The position numbers and the translations under genes were made by a program. The notes under the pieces are model-generated. The model saw only the letters and a list, made by a program, of their open reading frames with translations, did no database searches and was not told where the DNA came from. From Candidatus Altimarinota bacterium (GTDB lineage Bacteria; Patescibacteriota; Gracilibacteria; BD1-5; UBA2023), in NCBI GenBank assembly GCA_043741945.1, contig JAYTZT010000001.1, positions 152,559-216,558 of the forward strand: a DNA stretch of 64,000 nucleotides, given 5' to 3'. Positions 57,063 to 64,000 of this stretch are shown here, piece by piece. Numbering within the stretch: position 1 is the first letter of the stretch; every line of letters begins with the position of its first letter.

Positions 57063-58049
57063 CTACAAACTATAAGGTGCACTGCTCGTGATATGAGTTA
57101 TAACCCAGCCTATACTGCTCTTTTGTAGAGCCTCATAAACTCAGTTGAAGTGAAGTGCACCATAGATGATTGCAATATTCTGATTCGGATGAGTCTGGAT
57201 ATATGTAACGATCGCATCATTGCGACGATCGATAATAGTAGAGAAAAGTCGAGACTGATCGGGAGAACTCAAAATCATATCGAGATTACCTGATCGTTTA
57301 AGTCCCCAATTGAGCAGACCTCGACCCACCCAACCGAAAAATAATTGTTCTCTAACAGACATATTTTCTCAAAGGGTTTTGATTTCCAATGAGAGATCAG
57401 GAAGAGCCTTTGGGATAAAAGATATTCATCAAGTGCCCATGAGATTCATGATATCGTCAATCGAGAGATCTACCGATATGAGTGAGCCTGTTGAGACATT
57501 GGCAAAAAGAAACTTGTTGTCCTGACTCATAAGATCAATAAGAGAAGCAATATCTGAGTAGAGACTTGGTGTCAGATCGAATCCTAGAGACTGTGCAAAG
57601 AGAGCTTGATTAGAGGCTGTACCTGGCTTCACACCCTCGATCAAAAGTGTATATCCACTCTGAGTCAAGCTCTCGAGAGTTGATTTTTTTTGCTGGTAAA
57701 ATTTTGGAGTCGCTATATGAGACATCTCGATAAATACGACCTGTTGTCCAGAATGCGATAATGTAATATCAGAAATTACACCTGGAACAATATACTGATA
57801 GCCTATAAAAGTAAGAAATAGCATCATAAAAAATCCCACAGTTGCCATCCCTATAATAATATATTCGAGAATTACCTTTTTCCAGTCTTGTCTAGCTCCT
57901 CGACGAAATACCCATAAGAGAAGAAAAATAGCAAAAGATAAGAGTATTATTTGTAATACAAATAATACAAAAGGAATAGTTCCAAAAAATCCCTCGAATA
58001 AGAGGGCTATAATGACAAATATATAAGTGAATAAATTTTTGGAACTCAT
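57063..58049 (-). CDS. membrane-anchored TraB/GumN-family protein
   Basis: Three N-terminal TM helices, then VVFIEMSHIATPKFY...TLLIEGV and a C-terminal IAIIYGALHF(N)(TGA=G) resembling the TraB/GumN His/Gly motifs. ORFs 57429..58172 and 57141..57362 share a frame. Start at ATG 58047-58049, ends at TAG 57063-57065. Confidence 0.55.
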
Positions 58050-58071
58050 AATGAAAATATAAATACGTATA

Positions 58072-59550
58072 TTATCTCTTTTTTCTCGGCTTCTTTTTAC
58101 CAAATGTATCGACTTTTTTCTCCGCGAGTTTTTGCTCCAGTTCCACAATCTCTTCTCCAAAGTGATCCTCACGAGATCCTCCTTGTTCTTTCGGCTTAAA
58201 CATACTCTTCCGACTTCTGAGTTCGAGCTCTATCGGAGTACCTTCGAATCCAAATATTTCACGGATCTTATTCTCTATATAGCGAACATAAGAAAAATGA
58301 AAATGATCCGCATTGTTAACAGATATCATGAATTTTGGAGGATTGATATCTACTTGTGATCCGTAATATATACGAGGCTTATGAGACTTTCGATTTCCAG
58401 TCGGAGCATGATCATACGTGATCTGTTCAAGAAACTTATTAAATACTCATGTTTTTACTCGTTTATTTCGCTCCTCTCGAATCTTGATAGCATGTTCAAG
58501 AACGAGATCAATCCGTTTATTTTCGATAGCTGTAGTGAACACTACTGGGGCATACGAGAGAAAATCAAATTTTTTCGAAAGATAATGCATATATCTCTCG
58601 AGAATTGTATCCTTGTTGACTCCTGACTTATTCATCACCTTATCCCACTTGTTGATTACGAGGATAATTCCCTTCTTTTCTTTCATTGCTTCACCGACGA
58701 TATGCTCATCCTGATGAGCTACTCCTTCGAATGCATCGATCACAACCGCAACCACATCTGATCTCTCTACGGATTTCTCAGCTCGCATCACACTCCATTG
58801 CTCTATATTCGCCGATCCTATCTTACCTGCACGACGTATACCCGCCGTATCGATGAGCACAATATCCTGATCATTAAACTTTATAACGGTATCGATAGCA
58901 TCTCGTGTCGTACCAGGCATATCAAATACTATGGATCGAGTTTCTCCTGCTATAGCATTGACAAGCGATGACTTACCTACATTTGGACGACCGATAATAG
59001 CTAAACGGAGCATCCCTTCGTGGAGCTCGTTTGGTACGAAACCGAATCCTAACTCCTTGAGCATCTCAGCAACTTTGGCTCTTAGCTCACCGAAACCACG
59101 AGTCTGTACAGCACTCACTGGAACGACGTCACCGAGTCCGAGACTCATATGTTGGTAGGCTTCGAGGGCTCTTTTTGGATTGTCAGCCTTATTGGCCACT
59201 ACGAGAACTGGTTTCTTGGATCTACGGAGTAACTTGACGATATATTCATCGAACTCCGTCATACGATCATACTCGACCACGAAGAGAATGAGATCAGAGG
59301 CCGCGATAGCCTCATTTGCTCTCGCTCGTACATCTATGAGCAGTGTCTCGTTATCGGCACTCACAATACCTCCACTATCAGCCATCATATAGGATATCTC
59401 GTTCTCAGAATCATCGATATGGTACTCGATAATATCTCGAGTCGTATTCTCGATATCGGAAATGATGGCGATACGATGTCCTGAGAGCGAGTTAAATATA
59501 CTCGATTTTCCGACATTTGGACGACCGATGATGGTGACGCGAGCAAGCAT
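58072..59550 (-). CDS. der: ribosome-associated GTPase Der (EngA) with a Lys-rich tail
   Basis: Two G domains (GRPNVGKSS twice, DSGG / DTAGIRR, NKAD / NKWD) in ORF 58447..59550. TGA 58447 leads into the KH-like domain in same-frame ORF 58072..58329. Confidence 0.95.
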
Positions 59551-59635
59551 AGTATCTATAGTTATTGGATTATCTTTTCTTTTGTATTATTTTCTGCACA
59601 GTATAGTGAAAATAGAGAAAAAGCAAATTAAAGCA

Positions 59636-62600
59636 CTATTGCATCGTATAGAAAAAATCGATACGATATTCTATATCAGCTATCACACTTCCATTTTGGA
59701 TAAGTTCTATATCCATAGAGCCCCTTTGAGATCCATACCTCAAAATAATATTCTTATCTAGGCTATAGATATTACCACTTCGATCCACTGCTGCGAGGGC
59801 ATGGTATGTAGAGTCGGTGACATATACACCTCAAGGGATAGAACCATCTTTGGAGCTCGCAGAAATAATTCGAGTTAACCCACTGCGTGGGGTCAAGAGG
59901 ACTCCCTGAGTCATTGGAGTGGAAGCTTTGGAAGTATCGATAAAGGGAGTATTTTCGGGAAGTGAAATAGTATGTGTATGTGATATGGATCCAGATTCAT
60001 TCATGATGAGTATCCGCATTGGATCTGTTGAAGTAGCAGGTACAACCTCGCTATGATATCCCGACTGGAGTTGCATAATACCTCTATTCGAAATCGTTCC
60101 AAAATCTGTAGTATTTCTCAGAGTGATAATCTCGGAAGGTCGCAAAAATGAATTTGATACAAACGCTCATCAAGAATTCGAAAGTGTCGCTCCTGAGCTC
60201 AAAAGAATAGGCCCCTCCCCTGGTCTAATACGGAAAAAATGAACGGGAGTATTCTCAATTGGTTCAGGGAGTACACCGATAATGGTACCAGTTTCGGTCA
60301 CTCTCTGTATCTGAGGGATCAATGCATATGACTCAATAGTAAAAGGCGTACTGGTAGTATTACCAATCTCATCAGTAGCCGTGAGGAACATACTGTGATT
60401 TCAAGGTTCCTTAAAAGGACCAAATGATAGGTCTTGACTCGTTATACTAAATCCATTACCAGAAGTAGTAAAATCATCTTCAAATATACCATTCCCATTG
60501 TCATCAGTAGATGTATCTCCATCGATAGTCATAATCACAGCACTCTGATCGGTGAGGATATCTGCAATACTATATTTCTTGGTGGAATATATAGGAAGCC
60601 GCAATCGTGAAGGAATATCAAGGATAGGTGCTCCATTATCACTTGCAGCCTGAGGTGCGAGTAGCACTACTCCTGCTCGGTCCTTTTTTTTATCAGTCAG
60701 ATTTTGTAATCTTGCATAATAGTATCCATTGGAATATGGAAGAGATATTTGGTATTCATCGGATTTTTCTCAAAGATCATAGGTAATATAGGTGGCTCCA
60801 TCTTTGAGAGGAATATTCTGATTGGTGGTATGATTGCGTAATTGGGCTCCAGCATCCGATGCATAGAGACGCATACCTGGGAGGATAGGTAATCCTATCA
60901 ACTCGTCTGAATAGGTATATCTAGAATTGTCTTCTCAGCCGATGAGATAGAACTGTCATCCATTCGTGATAATTTCGGTACTCTCCACGAACTCATATCC
61001 CGTGTAGGGATCAAGGGTGATTGTTTTGGGAGTTGATGTTGTTTGATTGGTATACGTGATCGTAACACTCTGATCTCCTGTATAGAGAAGTCGACCTGCT
61101 GAGAGAGAAATCGAAAGGGCACCCGCATAAACATCTATACTACGACCCTCCAAAATGAATGAAGATTGGTCACCAACAGATGCAAGTGAACGACGCACAG
61201 CGTGAGTGAGGATAGCTGGCTCATCTAGTGCGGCAATAGCTGGAACCTTAAGTGATATATCAATCGTTGTTTTTGGAGAGATCTGTGGATTATGATCTCC
61301 GATATCTACATGGTCCCACTCCGTATACTGATCATAGAAATCGAGTCTCCACTCAGTTTCCGTAGAAGATGCAGGAACAAATGTGAAATTGATATTTTTG
61401 GGACTAGAGATACTTGAGTGGAAATAATCAGGCACATATGGAGGCAGATCATTCGCAGAAATGTCTGAAATTTTCTTTGTATTGTCGATTATCTTATTTG
61501 GAGTATTAAGCCATGAATACTTGACGTAAAGAATGCCATCCAATACATACATATAATCTGTATCTCCATCTTGGTCAATATCTATGGATTCTATATGCGT
61601 ATCAGGAGTGACTGGTGAAGTATAGTCAAAGAGACGAGTCTGGATACCACTTGGTGTACGTACATATATTCCCTGATAGTTCGGAGTATATCCACTTGTA
61701 ACTGGCTCAGTAGCAGAAGAAAAACTCGAGGTAGTTGCCGCAATCATATTAGAGACTTTTTGTTGGAGTGTTCTCTTCGAAAGATCGATTCCTCATTGTT
61801 GTGAAGTTACAGTTGCATCCGTTCTCAATCACACTGAATTTTGGTAGTTATTAAATTTTTCAAGAAGACGAGTCGAGCGAGATGTCCCTTCTTGTATATC
61901 TGATATAAGTTGTCTAGGTTCATCATGGATATCTTTTTTGAGGAGATCGACAATATTCTGAAGATGAGCCGTATTATCATTCTCTGCTACAATATAGTCT
62001 TTGATCAGCTCAAATCTCTTATCATTATAGCTCATGAGCTCATTTTGAAGAGTTTTAGCTTCTATCTCGGTCGTTCTGAGTTCTTTTTTGAGAGAGAATT
62101 GATTATGAGCGAATTCTGGAGTGCTCAGTTGTCCGATGAGATATTGAGTAAATTGCCCTACTTCTAAAAATATATCCTTCTCCTTAGTGAGAGTATCGAG
62201 CATGGTTGCTACTCTCACAGGAAGGACTTCATCAGGATTTTTTGGAACATAAGAACTCGGCTTTATATTTACCTGAACACTCGGAATGATGACATCAGAG
62301 CCAATTTTTGATGGGATTGCCATTTGCATATCCGTCTGGAATGAGTTAATGGGTCTCACCACTGACCGAGCGAATTCTGAAATAAAATCAGATCGAATTT
62401 CGTAGTTTACATGACTCGAAACACGGATTTCTCGTAGTGTCGGAAGAGTAAATTGTGGAAGATTGAGATTGATAAAATCGAATGGCGAAGTTCCTTGACG
62501 CTCAGTTCTCTGCGCTATAACATCTCCGGCTTGCCATTCGGGAACGAGGGCAGTTTTCTGATAATAACAGTACATCTTTGATATCAATTTCATCACACCC

Positions 62601-64000
62601 AAAAATGCTGAAATAGAACCTGCAATCTTTGGCAGTTTTGGTGGAGGTGGAAGATCTGGAAGCTTGATTCGAGGAAGGGATGGGAGATCTGGAAGATCGG
62701 GAAGAGGTGGCAGTGGAGGGAGAAGCGGAAGAGCCGGTAGTGTTAAAGAGGCTCGAACTGATCCGATAGACAGATTCGGAAGGTTCGGAAGTCGAATTGG
62801 GGAGATCCGTGGGACAAAATTGGGGAGAGCCACATTGATACCAAATCGGATATCCGAAAGATCAAGAATAATATCAGGCCACTTCGGAAATTTGATAATA
62901 GGTATAGATGGGATAAGTGCGGAAATGAGCTTGAATTTCCAATATTGCAGGTTGTTTCGCTCGTTGCGACAAACTCAACAACTTGCACTGGTGTCAGCAA
63001 AAATATCCAGAAGCGGTTGCCAGCTGTCTGCAATACCCTTTATGAGAACAAAAAGTTCTGCCCACTTACGAAATCTCAGCCCATTGTTACGAAGCCATCC
63101 ACTCGTTATCTGTTGAATAGTATTGATATTACAGAGAATCTGAGCGATATATCGTTCTTTCCAGGTGATATATTTCTGGATCTTCATCGGGAATTTTTTG
63201 TATTCTTCAATACGCTTGAGGTTTTGTCTAATACTATTGATAAGTGGTCCTGATTGGATCTTGGCTTTTTGATCCAGACATGTTGCAGAGGGATCAGTGA
63301 TACAAAAATTCTTTCCTGCAATCTCCAGTTCTCTGAGATAGCCATTAAGAGATCTCGCATACTTATCCAGCTCTCTTTTATCAATCCATGGAATATTGAG
63401 AGGAATATTCACTTGTCTGACCGTGATAAATGGGAGTTTCCCAATAAGCGTATAGGCAGCTTTGAGACTATTGAGGGTTCACTTAGTATTGGATATGGTG
63501 GATTTGAATGCATCTGGGATGGGGGTCGTATCAGCTTGTTTAGAATCAAATGCTTGTGACATTCCCTGTTGTATATTTTCCAAATTAGCACTCGAATAGG
63601 CTTCTCCGAGTTTCTTGGAGAAGTCCGTATAGGTAGTATCTACATGTGCATTCTGTCCGAAGTCAGTTGGAGGTATGATCGTGAGGTTTGGTGGAGTGAA
63701 GAGAGAGGTAGTGAGCTCCTCAGTCTGACGAGTCAGCCATTCCATAACAAAATCCGGAAATGCCGCAATTCGCTTATTTTTGATTTTTGTAACAGCACTG
63801 ATATCTAATAGCTTTGTATCTGGGTCTACTTCAATAGAGAACTCCGATCCTCCACTCGATGGAGAGCCTATAGTGAGAAGAGGTTGCCCCGAATTCAATC
63901 TCGATCCTCGTCTACTGATACTGGTATAGATACTAGTGAGTCGCGTCGTATCAGGACTCTTCAAATAGTTTACTATACTATTTGTAAGACCTTTATTTTC
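59636..64000 (-). CDS. giant secreted/surface protein, C-terminal 1454 or more codons (5' end beyond the window)
   Basis: Seven ORF fragments (63479..63964, 62975..63412, 61829..62833, 60956..61747, 60401..60667, 60170..60391, 59831..60145) share one frame. Every gap was checked and contains only TGA. Ends at TAG 59636-59638. Contains a Pro/Leu LPxLP repeat tract and two Asp-rich calcium-binding-like loops (DIDQDGDTD, DGDTSTDDNGNG). Confidence 0.8.

Noticed and set aside
62664-63116. Plus-strand Gly/Arg/Ser-rich ORF of 150 aa (MIRGRDGRSGRSGRGGSGG...).
   Set aside because: It is the antisense image of the Pro/Leu repeat tract of the giant minus-strand gene, and it loses its low-complexity character outside the repeat.

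Overview
AT-rich, very gene-dense chromosomal segment that is only interpretable under genetic code 25 (TGA = Gly), the code known from Gracilibacteria (BD1-5) and Absconditabacteria (SR1) of the candidate phyla radiation. Most ORFs in the supplied standard-code track end at TGA and continue in the same frame. Joining them by hand gives about 60 intact protein genes that all terminate at TAA or TAG. Content, left to right:
- a dcd-dut-folA-thyA dTMP operon;
- a fused amidase/SpoIID wall hydrolase next to an uncharacterised membrane-protein pair and a trypsin-like lipoprotein;
- holA, an FKBP lipoprotein and trmD;
- secreted and membrane hypotheticals, a PLD lipoprotein, ruvC and a HAD hydrolase;
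- a FemAB-like / CHAP / LysE operon;
- pepF, a DnaQ-like exonuclease, rlmE, an esterase, DUF1653, a Nudix hydrolase, a short alaS and a PAP2 phosphatase;
- rplJ-rplL with a leader, a class A PBP, a CMP-kinase-like gene, smpB, an RsmF-like methyltransferase, a DsbA-like protein and tsaD;
- an AT-rich islet carrying an SRA-like/HNH nuclease;
- uvrC, followed by a diverged segmental duplication (uvrC 5' fragment, a 52-nt promoter/start repeat, paralogous Cys4 lipoproteins);
- a J-domain protein, a 1925-aa alpha-2-macroglobulin with a CIEQ thioester motif, nrdR and a PriA C-terminal-half homologue;
- an MFS transporter;
- a mutY lacking Fe-S cysteines and carrying a GC-rich hairpin-dense in-frame insertion;
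- an EVE-domain protein, ftsH, an orphan barstar, a TraB/GumN-like protein and der;
- the C-terminal 1454 or more codons of a giant surface protein that runs off the window.

I recognised no rRNA, tRNA, CRISPR array, transposase or integrase. Limits: all translations and motif calls were done by eye. Stops were checked in frame for most joined genes; a few gaps (notably in pepF, part of alaS, holA, the PBP tail and the 812-aa membrane gene) were accepted on same-frame ORFs and conserved motifs only. Start codons may be off by a few codons, and no database search was possible.
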